From an uncultured Gammaproteobacteria bacterium (GTDB taxonomy: Bacteria; Patescibacteriota; Microgenomatia; Levybacterales; UBA12049): DNA of 64,000 nt. A program made the translations under genes and the position numbers. The stretch lies in NCBI GenBank assembly GCA_964537895.1, contig CAZIDK010000002.1, forward strand, positions 18,287 through 82,286, written 5' to 3'. Positions 55,477 through 64,000 of the stretch are shown here, piece after piece. Every line of letters begins with the position of its first letter. Position 1 is the stretch's first letter. The notes beneath the pieces are model-generated. The model had not been told where the DNA came from. It was given only the letters and a program-made list of their open reading frames with translations, and did not search any database.

Positions 55477-58359
55477 TTACTTGTTTAAAACTTTTTTTAA
55501 GAACTGGCCGGTGTATGAGTTTTTATTTTCAGTGACTTGAAGAGGCGTACCAACCGCAACAACTTGTCCGCCTTTCTCTCCTCCGTCAGGACCTAAATCA
55601 ATAATGTGGTCTGCGTTTTTTACTACGTCCAGATTATGTTCAATAACTATAACGGTATTCCCCAAGTCAACTAATTTTCTTAATACGCCCAGTAACTTCT
55701 CAAGATCTGCAAAATGAAGCCCGGTTGTCGGCTCGTCCAAAAGATATAACGAATTTGATCCTCTTTTTGATAATTCCGCAGATAGCTTTACTCTTTGCGC
55801 TTCTCCCCCCGAAAGTGTCGGAGCAGGCTGGCCAAGCTTAATGTAAGAAAGCCCAACGTCATTTAAGGTTTGCAGTTTATGGGAGAGTCCCGGAACAAAC
55901 GAAAAAAACGACAAAGCTTCGGATACGCTCATTGCCAAAACCTGCGCTATATTTTTTCCGTTAAATAAAATTTCCAATGCTTCGGAGTTATACTGAAGGC
56001 CGTTGCACACCTCGCAGGTTATATAAACATCAGGCAGAAATTGCATTTCAATTTTTATTCTTCCTTCCCCCTGGCATGCCTCGCACCGTCCGCCTTTTAC
56101 ATTGAAGGAAAATCTGCCGGGTCCGTATCCTTTTAATTTCGCGTCTTTAGTTTTGGCAAAAATGTCTCTTATGTAGCCAAAAGCCGCCGTATAAGTTGCG
56201 GGGTTACTTCTGGGAGTTCTGCCGATTGGCGACTGGTCGATTAAAAATATATTTTTAATGTTCTCAAATCCGCTTATAGCGGTATGTTTGCCCGGTTTTT
56301 GTCTATGAAACGGATTATTCTTCTGCATTAACCCGTGGTACAAGATATCGTTTATCAGCGTTGACTTACCGCTTCCCGAGACTCCGGTTATTACCACAAA
56401 ATTATTTAGAGGAAAAGAAACAGTGATGTTTTTTAGATTATGTTCACTGGCGCCCGAGATGGTTATCGACTTCGTAGATATATTTTTGTTTACATTTGGA
56501 AGCATTTTTATTTTTCTTTTGCCTGACAAATACTCTCCTGTTAACGACTTGGGGTCGTTTTTAATATGCGTAACTGTGCCTTGGGAAATTATATGTCCTC
56601 CGTTTTGTCCTGCTCCCGGCCCAAAGTCTATAATCTGATCAGACTCTTTCATGGTTTCTTCATCGTGTTCTACCACCAGCACAGTATTGCCCAAGTCCCG
56701 TAATTTTTTTAAAGTATCTATTAGTTTTTTATTGTCTTTTTGGTGAAGCCCAATTGAAGGCTCATCTAATACGTATAAAACTCCCGTGAGTCCGCTACCT
56801 ATTTGCGAAGCAAGTCTTATTCTTTGAGCCTCTCCTCCTGCTAAGGTTTGCGCACCCCTTGACAAAGTAAGATAATCAAGTCCCACGTCAATCAAAAAAG
56901 TCAGTCTTTGTTTTATTTCTTTAATAATCAATTTTCCGATTTCTTTTTCTCTGCCGCTTGACTTCTCTTCAATATTTTTTATAAAGTCATAAATATTGGA
57001 TATTGACATATCTGATGTTTGGACAATAGACTTATCATTAATCGTTATTGATAATGCTTCTTTTTTAAGCCTTGCTCCCAAACACTCGGGGCAAACTTCA
57101 TAACGCATAAACTTTTCTATCTGGGCTCTTAAAAAAATTGATTCTGTTGATTGGTATTTCTGCCTTAAGTCGTGCAGAATTCCTTTGAAGGGCTCATTGA
57201 TTGCGGTTTCTCTTCCCCACCTATTTTCCCCTTCAACATAATATTCTTTTTCTCCGGTGCCATTCAAAAGCAATTTTTTTTGTTCGCTGTTTATTTCGGA
57301 TAACCTCTTTGTTAGGGAAATATTGTTTTCTTCTGCGAATGTTTTAAAAGTTCTGGTAAACCAGCTGTCGTGAGAAAGTGTGGTTGTGTATGGCAGAATT
57401 CCGCCTTCGTTTATTGTAAGGTTATTATTAAAAATTAAATCTTTATCAACGGTTAAAATTGTTCCGAGGCCGTTACAAATAGGACATGCTCCGTGCGGAG
57501 TGTTAAAGGAAAAAATTCTTGGTTCTATTTCCGGCAAAGATATTCCGTCTGTCGGGCACGCAAATTTTTCGGAAAATAGTATGTCTTCCATTTTTTTGGG
57601 TTTCTCGGGAATATTAAAGCCTGCGTCTTTGATAACGGAAACTATTAATTCTCCGCTGCCAAACTTTAGTGCTTGTTCAACATCGGTTGTAATTCTTCCT
57701 TTGTCAATATTTTTGTCAAGAACAATCTGGTCGATAACAGCTTCAACCGTATGCCGGTTTGTTTTTATAAGCGTAAATTCTTCGTCTAACGAAAAGACTT
57801 CATTGTCAATTCTTGCCTTTTTATAGCCTCTTTTTTTTAGATCCGAAAAAAGCTCCGTATATTCCCCTTTTCTGTCTCTTACAACAGGAGATAAAATTAA
57901 AATTTTTAATTTTTGGGCTGCATGTTTTTTGGGGAGCTCCAGTATTGAATTTACTATTTGTTCTTTTGAAAGATGCGATATTTCCCTGCCGCATTTTGGG
58001 CAATGGGGATGGCCGATTCGGGCAAAAAGAAGTCTCATATAGTCATATATCTCAGTAACTGTTCCAACAGTAGACCTTGGGTTATGTGAAGTAGATTTTT
58101 GGTCAATTGAAATTGCAGGAGAAAGTCCTTCGATTAAATCAATATCGGGTTTTTTCATAACACCCAAAAACTGTCTTGCGTAAGAAGAAAGACTTTCTAC
58201 GTAGCGCCTTTGCCCTTCGGCATAAATTGTGTCAAAAGCAAGGGAAGATTTACCGCTTCCGGAAAGTCCGGTAAAAACAACGAGCTTATTTTTGGGAATC
58301 TGGACATCCAAATTCTTTAAATTATGTTCTCTGGCGCCTTTAATTATTATTTTATCCAT
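55477..58359 (-). CDS. uvrA: excinuclease ABC subunit A
   Basis: Two ABC ATPase modules ([18 protein letters not shown]), zinc fingers; start set at MDKIIIKG rather than the 46-codon upstream extension of the ORF track. Confidence 0.9.
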   Translation of the reverse strand: MDKIIIKGAREHNLKNLDVQIPKNKLVVFTGLSGSGKSSLAFDTIYAEGQRRYVESLSSYARQFLGVMKKPDIDLIEGLSPAISIDQKSTSHNPRSTVGTVTEIYDYMRLLFARIGHPHCPKCGREISHLSKEQIVNSILELPKKHAAQKLKILILSPVVRDRKGEYTELFSDLKKRGYKKARIDNEVFSLDEEFTLIKTNRHTVEAVIDQIVLDKNIDKGRITTDVEQALKFGSGELIVSVIKDAGFNIPEKPKKMEDILFSEKFACPTDGISLPEIEPRIFSFNTPHGACPICNGLGTILTVDKDLIFNNNLTINEGGILPYTTTLSHDSWFTRTFKTFAEENNISLTKRLSEINSEQKKLLLNGTGEKEYYVEGENRWGRETAINEPFKGILHDLRQKYQSTESIFLRAQIEKFMRYEVCPECLGARLKKEALSITINDKSIVQTSDMSISNIYDFIKNIEEKSSGREKEIGKLIIKEIKQRLTFLIDVGLDYLTLSRGAQTLAGGEAQRIRLASQIGSGLTGVLYVLDEPSIGLHQKDNKKLIDTLKKLRDLGNTVLVVEHDEETMKESDQIIDFGPGAGQNGGHIISQGTVTHIKNDPKSLTGEYLSGKRKIKMLPNVNKNISTKSITISGASEHNLKNITVSFPLNNFVVITGVSGSGKSTLINDILYHGLMQKNNPFHRQKPGKHTAISGFENIKNIFLIDQSPIGRTPRSNPATYTAAFGYIRDIFAKTKDAKLKGYGPGRFSFNVKGGRCEACQGEGRIKIEMQFLPDVYITCEVCNGLQYNSEALEILFNGKNIAQVLAMSVSEALSFFSFVPGLSHKLQTLNDVGLSYIKLGQPAPTLSGGEAQRVKLSAELSKRGSNSLYLLDEPTTGLHFADLEKLLGVLRKLVDLGNTVIVIEHNLDVVKNADHIIDLGPDGGEKGGQVVAVGTPLQVTENKNSYTGQFLKKVLNK

Positions 58360-58390
58360 ATCTTGCTTGCCCCGTATATTCGCCCTTTCG

Positions 58391-58427
58391 ACCTGCCCGC
58401 CAGTGCCAGGCCTTGGCAGGTGGGGGC
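58391..58427. repeat. GC-rich conserved stem-loop motif, copy 2 (about 35 nt upstream of uvrA start)
   Basis: ACCTGCCCGCCAGTGCCAGGCCTTGGCAGGTGGGGGC. Confidence 0.6.
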
Positions 58428-58761
58428 GAGAATGTAAGCCTCGCGAGAAAATAAGAATGTATGGGGTCCATAAAATTGAACTTAAATTATAGTCCAAAAT
58501 TTGGCAAATGACAATCGGCAGTTACCGTTTTGCTATTGACACCCCTTCGCGTCACGCCCCAATACTTGGCACTAGAGAAGGATAGCGAGGTGTTTTAAAG
58601 AAGTGTAGGGTAAAGCTGTAAAAGCTACGGAGGTGTCAACCCCACCGTAGCCTTGGCGAAGGGGACATACAATAACAAGCCCCGATGCTTGCCATCGGGG
58701 TTACCTTTGAGGGTTGACAACGTCAATTGCGTTAAGATATTATTTTGTCTGGACTTATTTA

Positions 58762-59829
58762 ATGTCAGAAATTTATCCTTCTTTCCCAATTGCCTTAAGC
58801 TTTGACGATGTACTGCTTGTCCCGCAGAAATCTACTGTAGTATCGAGAATGGAAATCGATCTCTCGACTATAATTGCGCCAAATATCAAACTTTCCATGC
58901 CTTTAATAAGTATGAGTATGGATACCGTAACCGGCGTTGATATGGCAATAGCAATGTCTAAGTTAGGCGGAATAGGTTTTTTACCGCGTTTCGATACGCC
59001 GCAAATCGAAGCGGATAAAGTAAAAAAAGTAAAAAACGCTGGACAAAAAGTCGTTGCAGCCATAGGTTTAAGAGACGACTATCTTGAGCGAGCGGAAATG
59101 CAAGTTAAAGCAGGGGTCGACGGGATAACATTAGATATTGCTCATGCTCACACCACAACGGCTCTATCTGCGGTATCAAAATTTAAAAATAAATTTCCAA
59201 AAATTCCCATGATTGCGGGGACAATAGCAACATATGAGGGAGCCATAGATCTTTTTAAAGCAGGCGCAGATACCGTAAGGGTTGGTGTAGGGGCAGGGAC
59301 AATTTGTACAACCAGAATTATTGCGGGGAGCGGCGTTCCGCAGATAAGCGCTATTTTAGAAGCCAACAGAGCGAGGAAGAGATTCAAGAATAAATATGTT
59401 CTAGGAGATGGGGGCGCTGCTAAATCAGGAGATATTATTAAAGGACTGGCCTGCGGAGCGGACGCTTACATGTGCGGTTCGCTTTTTGCAGGTACAGACG
59501 AAGCGCCGGGTAAAATTATTACGAAAAATGGCGTATTCTATAAAAAATATGATGCTTCAACGTCAAGCGCCGCAAAAAAAGTACAACTTAAAAAAGATAA
59601 TAATGGCAGAAAGCCGCATTTTAACTTACACGTTGAAGGCGTTGAATCGTTAGTAAAATACAAAGGTCCTGTTGAAGATGTTCTTGAACAGCTTTGCGCA
59701 GGTATTCGTTCGGGACTTTCTTATTCAGGCGCGCATAATATTAAAGAGTTTCAGCGAAAAGCAAAGTTTATACGTATTACTCCTGCGGGTTTACGTGAAA
59801 GCTATCCTCATGATGTGGAAGTTGTCTAA
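58762..59829 (+). CDS. IMP dehydrogenase/GMP reductase family enzyme without CBS pair
   Basis: [11 protein letters not shown]-terminus, GAGTICTTR catalytic Cys loop, [14 protein letters not shown]; about 355 aa so no CBS insert. Confidence 0.75.
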   Translation: MSEIYPSFPIALSFDDVLLVPQKSTVVSRMEIDLSTIIAPNIKLSMPLISMSMDTVTGVDMAIAMSKLGGIGFLPRFDTPQIEADKVKKVKNAGQKVVAAIGLRDDYLERAEMQVKAGVDGITLDIAHAHTTTALSAVSKFKNKFPKIPMIAGTIATYEGAIDLFKAGADTVRVGVGAGTICTTRIIAGSGVPQISAILEANRARKRFKNKYVLGDGGAAKSGDIIKGLACGADAYMCGSLFAGTDEAPGKIITKNGVFYKKYDASTSSAAKKVQLKKDNNGRKPHFNLHVEGVESLVKYKGPVEDVLEQLCAGIRSGLSYSGAHNIKEFQRKAKFIRITPAGLRESYPHDVEVV

Positions 59830-59842
59830 AAATTATTTTTGT

Positions 59843-59854
59843 GAGTCGGACAGC
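59843..59854 (-). repeat. partial copy of the tRNA 3' end found at the window end (att-like remnant)
   Basis: TGAGTCGGACAG vs TGAGCCGGACAG at 63975+. Confidence 0.4.
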
Positions 59855-59946
59855 ACTCACCGAGTATTTCGTTCTGACGAACTCAAGATTCAAGATAAAC
59901 CCTCCTTGCCATTAAAAAATCCCCTTGGCAAAAACCATGGAGATTT

Positions 59947-59961
59947 TTCAGTGAGCCGGAC
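59947..59961 (-). repeat. 15-nt direct repeat of the window-end tRNA 3' end (candidate attL of integrated element)
   Basis: TTCAGTGAGCCGGAC is identical to 63971..63985. Confidence 0.6.
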
Positions 59962-60226
59962 GATAACGACTTCAAACTAATTATTCAACAATATTCCCAA
60001 CTTCAGCACGCTTTTTTAGGGATATATGCCCCCTATAACTAGGTTATGAATATGGAGTAAATTAAGCAACTTTAATACACAATACCTAGCGGACTAATTT
60101 AGCTTGCATGTGAGGCTATTAAATGCTCTAGGAATGGTTTTTATTCAAATTATGGTTATTTCCTAGTCTCATTTTGACTTCAAACTAAAAAAGGAGTATA
60201 AGAAAGTTAGGAAATAAAGAATAAAT

Positions 60227-60895
60227 ATGAAAATTAAGAAAAAACTTAGTAATTTTACCAACCTAAAAGACAAGTTTCTTGTAGGACTATTAGTTATTAC
60301 TGTCTTGTTAATTACAGGCTTATTGGTAAAGAACCAAAGCTTCATCTTAGGAGCTAAAACCGAACAATTACCAATCCCCACGATTGAAGTTTTTACAAAC
60401 ACACCGACGCCGACGCCTGAAACAATCTACAAAAACCAACAGAATACAAATAATTATGTACCCCAATACAATCAACCTACAGCAACGCCTATATCGCAAC
60501 CTACCATTGTTCAAAAAGTACCCGTTATTCTACCTCACAATGGACTTACTTATTACTGCGATCCTAGTAGTGCTAAGGCAGTAGTTGACGCCTCTAATGC
60601 TGTTAAAACTTCGACTGAAGAATATATAAAATGTCAGAGCAGTCAACAAAATTATTCTCAGACTTGTTCCAGTAGTTGTCCAACTGTAAATATCTGCAGC
60701 GACGAAATGGTAAGAACTTCTTACGGTTATTCTAGTTATGATGACTGTTTAACAAAAAGACAAAAGGAAGGCCTGGATTGTATTGACAAATGTTATAACG
60801 ATGGTCTTGCAAAATTAGGACAGCAGGTATGTAATATTGGATCCTCAAATGCAACGAATAGCTTAAACGACCTATTAAATAGATACTGTAGATAA
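60227..60895 (+). CDS. secreted Cys-rich protein with Thr/Pro linker
   Basis: N-terminal TM/signal, TPTPTPE linker, 12 Cys in the C-terminal half. Confidence 0.5.
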   Translation: MKIKKKLSNFTNLKDKFLVGLLVITVLLITGLLVKNQSFILGAKTEQLPIPTIEVFTNTPTPTPETIYKNQQNTNNYVPQYNQPTATPISQPTIVQKVPVILPHNGLTYYCDPSSAKAVVDASNAVKTSTEEYIKCQSSQQNYSQTCSSSCPTVNICSDEMVRTSYGYSSYDDCLTKRQKEGLDCIDKCYNDGLAKLGQQVCNIGSSNATNSLNDLLNRYCR

Positions 60896-61131
60896 TATTG
60901 AATCTTAATCTTATGAAAAAGATTACTCTTAGTTTAATAACCTTGTTCTTGATATTCTCTTTTTCTAAATTGAGGTCAAAAAGTTAAAAAAAGTTAACAT
61001 TTACTAGTTTTCCGTCGCAGTAAAAAAAAGGGGTTTTCTGACACAATAAAAAAGGTCGTATATCTGATGACAATCTTGCGTGCTTGAATCCCCTTGACTT
61101 TTGGTAATAATGTGGTAAAATATTACTTAGT

Positions 61132-61440
61132 ATGACAAATTTAGACGGTTTTCAACCAGAGAAGAAAACAAGGACAACGATTTTTATTGACCCACTAACT
61201 CTAAGACGAGCCAAGGCAAAAGGTGCTCTTGAGGCATTAACCATATCGGAAGTAATTGAAGCTTTATTAAGAGAGTACGGACAAGATCTTTCTCAAACAG
61301 TTACTGCTTCCGAAGTAATACAAAATCGAGTTAATGGCGGAGGGCATGATATTTCAGAGGTTTTTGAAAAAGGTTCAAAACTACCCGTTACAGACCGCTC
61401 TCACGGAGAATTTATAGATTTAAGCAAAAAACAAGGCTAA
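61132..61440 (+). CDS. hypothetical protein (possible ribbon-helix-helix-like N-terminus)
   Basis: 102-aa ORF inside the putative element. Confidence 0.35.
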   Translation: MTNLDGFQPEKKTRTTIFIDPLTLRRAKAKGALEALTISEVIEALLREYGQDLSQTVTASEVIQNRVNGGGHDISEVFEKGSKLPVTDRSHGEFIDLSKKQG

Positions 61441-61541
61441 TTAGGTTAATTTAGGATCACGGTTTGGTGATTGAAATTTATATCACTTCCCGTCAACAGC
61501 ACAGGTAAAAGGCTGTTGGACGGGTTTTTTTTGGCAAAAAT

Positions 61542-61790
61542 ATGAACAACGAAGAAGCTAAACAGGGGGGAGTAAGAGGGAGGCAAGGGTTATACGCCTA
61601 CGCTTCAAAATACTCAAAAGAGGCTATAGACACCTTATATCTACTAATGACTACCTCAAAAAACGAAGGCATCCAACTAGGTGCGGCTAAAGCCCTATTA
61701 AATAAATGCCTACCCGATCTTAGAGCAGCGGAGAATAATATTCCGGAAAGATTACCTGTACCAATCATAGGAGGTTTATCGGCTTTATAA
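61542..61790 (+). CDS. hypothetical protein
   Basis: 82-aa ORF. Confidence 0.35.
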   Translation: MNNEEAKQGGVRGRQGLYAYASKYSKEAIDTLYLLMTTSKNEGIQLGAAKALLNKCLPDLRAAENNIPERLPVPIIGGLSAL

Positions 61791-61809
61791 AAAGGGGAAA
61801 CAAATAAAT

Positions 61810-62337
61810 ATGTTTGAGATTTTAGAAAACCATAATAATTTGAGTAAAGAAGAAGCTATTCGCCAAATCGAGCAAGTCTATCATGCAAGCTATAACCCAA
61901 ACATGGCGGATTTTGATGCTTACGAACAACTCCTAGTTTGTGAGTCTCTTGCGGAAACCGAAGCAGAAGAACTAAAGAGAGATGGAAGAACGAATGAAGA
62001 TGTTTATGTTAAATGGAATGGTAATGATACCTATAAACGAACCGTTAACTTTGAGTTAACTGAAGATAAACTAGATGTTATCACAGAATTAAAAACACTT
62101 ACCTACAAAACCTCGCCTATCTTAGTAGCCGAACTTTTAGAAAAGCTGTTTGTTAACAGAGAAACAAAAGATGGGCATTGGCTTTATATCGCGCAAAATT
62201 GGAACCCAAGAGCAATTAACAGAGTAATCAAATATATGGTTAAGGCTCAAAGTTCTGGGACAAGAACGATAGATAAGCCAGCCGGATTTTTTACATTTTT
62301 AATTAAACGCCGAAAGAGGAGAAGGTTAGGATTGTGA
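61810..62337 (+). CDS. hypothetical protein
   Basis: 175-aa ORF; basic C-terminal tail KRRKRRR. Confidence 0.4.
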   Translation: MFEILENHNNLSKEEAIRQIEQVYHASYNPNMADFDAYEQLLVCESLAETEAEELKRDGRTNEDVYVKWNGNDTYKRTVNFELTEDKLDVITELKTLTYKTSPILVAELLEKLFVNRETKDGHWLYIAQNWNPRAINRVIKYMVKAQSSGTRTIDKPAGFFTFLIKRRKRRRLGL

Positions 62338-62470
62338 CTATACCAGAAGCACATAAGGTTTTAGGACAAGAATATAAAGATACACCGGAGAAAGAAATTG
62401 AAGAATGGATTAATTCAGCAAACGGATTAGCAGAAATATTTATGCAACAGACTTTAAAGAAAGGATTTGA

Positions 62471-64000
62471 CAATGAAGATAAAAAATAGCCATACTATAG
62501 CTGTGATTAGAAAAGCGATAGGATATGTTCGCATATCAACAGAAGACCAATCTCAATTCTCACTAGAAAATCAGGATGATTATATCCGCAAGGAAACAGA
62601 TAGGCAAGAATACGAACTTATAAGGATATTCTCCGATTCCGGTTATAGCGCAAAGACAACAAACAGACCCGGACTTATTGAACTCCTTGAATTTTGCAGA
62701 AAAAATAAAGACACCATCTCTGCCCTATTTATTTACAAATATGATAGGCTTTCCCGTGATACTTATGATTTCTTAGGCATTAAAAAGAAACTATCGGAAT
62801 ATGGGATAAGAGTAATATCCTGCACTGAACCGACTGATGATACTTTTTCAGGGGAGTTTCTACAAACAATACTATCCGCAGCAGCAAAACTTGATAATCA
62901 AATGAGAGGACAAAGAGCATTAGATGGAATGAAAAAAAGATTTGAATCAGGTTGGTATGCCGCAGGAAGACCGCCTCTTGGATATATAAACACTGTTGTT
63001 GAAGGAAGAAAGATTATTGAACGTAATCCAAAGACTTTTGATTTAGTTAAAAGAGCTTGGGAAGAAATGTCAAACGGAACTCAATCTTTATTTACTATTT
63101 CAAAGCTTATGAAAAAATGGGGACTTTCGGTTCACAAACAAACAGTTAATAGAATATTTAGGAACAATTTCTATATTGGGATAATTACGAGCAAAAGATG
63201 GAATTTAGAAAAAAGAGGATTACATAATCAAATGGTAACTGAAGAAGTTTTTTATCGTGTACAGTCAATCCTAGATGGCAGGAGCAATACTGCAAAACCA
63301 AGAGAGAGAAATAATCCTACTTTTCCACTTAGAGGATTCGTAAAATGTGGAGAATGCCTAGCTCCGCTAACCGGAGCATGGGCAAAAGGTTCAACTAAGA
63401 AGTATGCTTATTATTACTGCTCCAAAAGAACACATAAAATAATAAATATTTCTAAGGATACTTTAGAAGAAGAATTTGTAAAACTGTTAAAAAGACTATC
63501 TCCTGCTCCTGAAGTTATAAAACTATTTACTGAACAGGTTAAAGCAAAATGGCATCAAAGATATAAAGAGTTGTATAAACAACAAGATTGGTTAAAAATG
63601 GATATAGAGAAGTTAGAAGAACGGAAGTTAAGCATTGGCAAGAAAAACGCAGACGGTGTTATTCCCGATGATCTATGCAAAGAGCTGTTAGCAAAGGCAG
63701 ATGTTGAGTTAATAGCGAAGAAATCTATTGCGAATGAATCAACTCTAGCTCAAGTTGATATAGATACTTTAACAAACTTTATGAGTGTGTTCTTAAAAGA
63801 CTTATCCAAAGCATGGCTTGATGGCAATCTTGATCAGAGGCAAATCCTAGTTAGTTCGATAATGCCAAAAGGTGTGGTCTTTAAGGATTATGCTTATCAA
63901 ACTAATCAAATAAGTCATTCCTTCCTATTACAGCAAGCTAATCGCAATTCTTCTGCCATAGATGGAACGTTCAGTGAGCCGGACAGGATTCGAACCTGTG
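62471..64000 (+). CDS. large serine recombinase (runs off window; 3' end overlaps a tRNA on the opposite strand)
   Basis: YVRISTEDQ catalytic Ser, DRLSRD, recombinase domain, CGEC...YYYCSKR zinc ribbon; no stop before window end. Confidence 0.8.
63975..64000 (-). tRNA. partial tRNA (3' end: T-arm plus acceptor), identity undetermined
   Basis: Minus strand reads ACAGG-TTCGAAT-CCTGT-CCGGCTC-A; remainder lies beyond the window. Confidence 0.6.

Noticed and set aside
55477-58497. 1006-aa uvrA ORF with 46-residue N-terminal extension
   Set aside because: The extension covers the GC-rich upstream motif and has no UvrA homology. The canonical start MDKIIIKG at 58359 was used.
59672-59980. 102-aa ORF downstream of the IMPDH-family gene
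   Set aside because: It spans the att-like tRNA-end remnants and an intergenic region, and has no motifs. It is probably non-coding.

Overview
The sequence is AT-rich with short intergenic spacers, a PPIase-less trigger factor and many small genes, so I infer (not prove) a Patescibacteria/CPR-like bacterium. I can support 14 intact tRNA genes plus one partial tRNA at the window end (Val-GAC, Leu-TAG, Gly-GCC, Val-TAC, Leu-GAG, Leu-CAG, Gln-TTG, Leu-TAA, Pro-TGG, Gly-TCC, Arg-TCT, His-GTG, Lys-CTT, Arg-TCG). Several decayed tRNA half-copies lie beside them. Housekeeping genes include tig, pyrD, nadD, nadE, rarA, typA, dinB, rnhB, yvcK, secG, uvrC, uvrA and an IMPDH-family gene. Cell-wall enzymes include two GH73-like hydrolases, a DacB-like carboxypeptidase, M23 peptidases and a class A beta-lactamase-like protein. 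The most striking feature is a compact minus-strand RiPP operon at 6.77-10.42 kb. It encodes a Cys/Pro-rich precursor peptide, a YcaO cyclodehydratase, a SagB-type FMN dehydrogenase and an M16 zinc peptidase. This is a TOMM/LAP-type (thiazole/oxazole-modified microcin / linear azol(in)e peptide) thiazole-oxazole peptide cluster. It sits in a tRNA-bounded island that also carries a single-HKD PLD-family nuclease, which has a paralog at 38.2 kb. Two small integrated elements are marked by large serine recombinase genes whose 3' ends overlap tRNA 3' ends on the opposite strand. The second (59.9-64.0 kb) is bounded by partial copies of that tRNA end, i.e. att-like direct repeats. Other notable items are: three GIY-YIG mini-nuclease genes and one LAGLIDADG-like gene each fused to or abutting a tRNA; a 37-nt GC-rich stem-loop present upstream of uvrA and of a membrane-protein gene; a 32-nt element that brackets two separate genes in gene orientation; an ATP-cone plus PD-(D/E)xK nuclease gene next to dinB; a VirB4-like ATPase fragment; and a Phd/RelE toxin-antitoxin pair. 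No CRISPR array or rRNA was seen.
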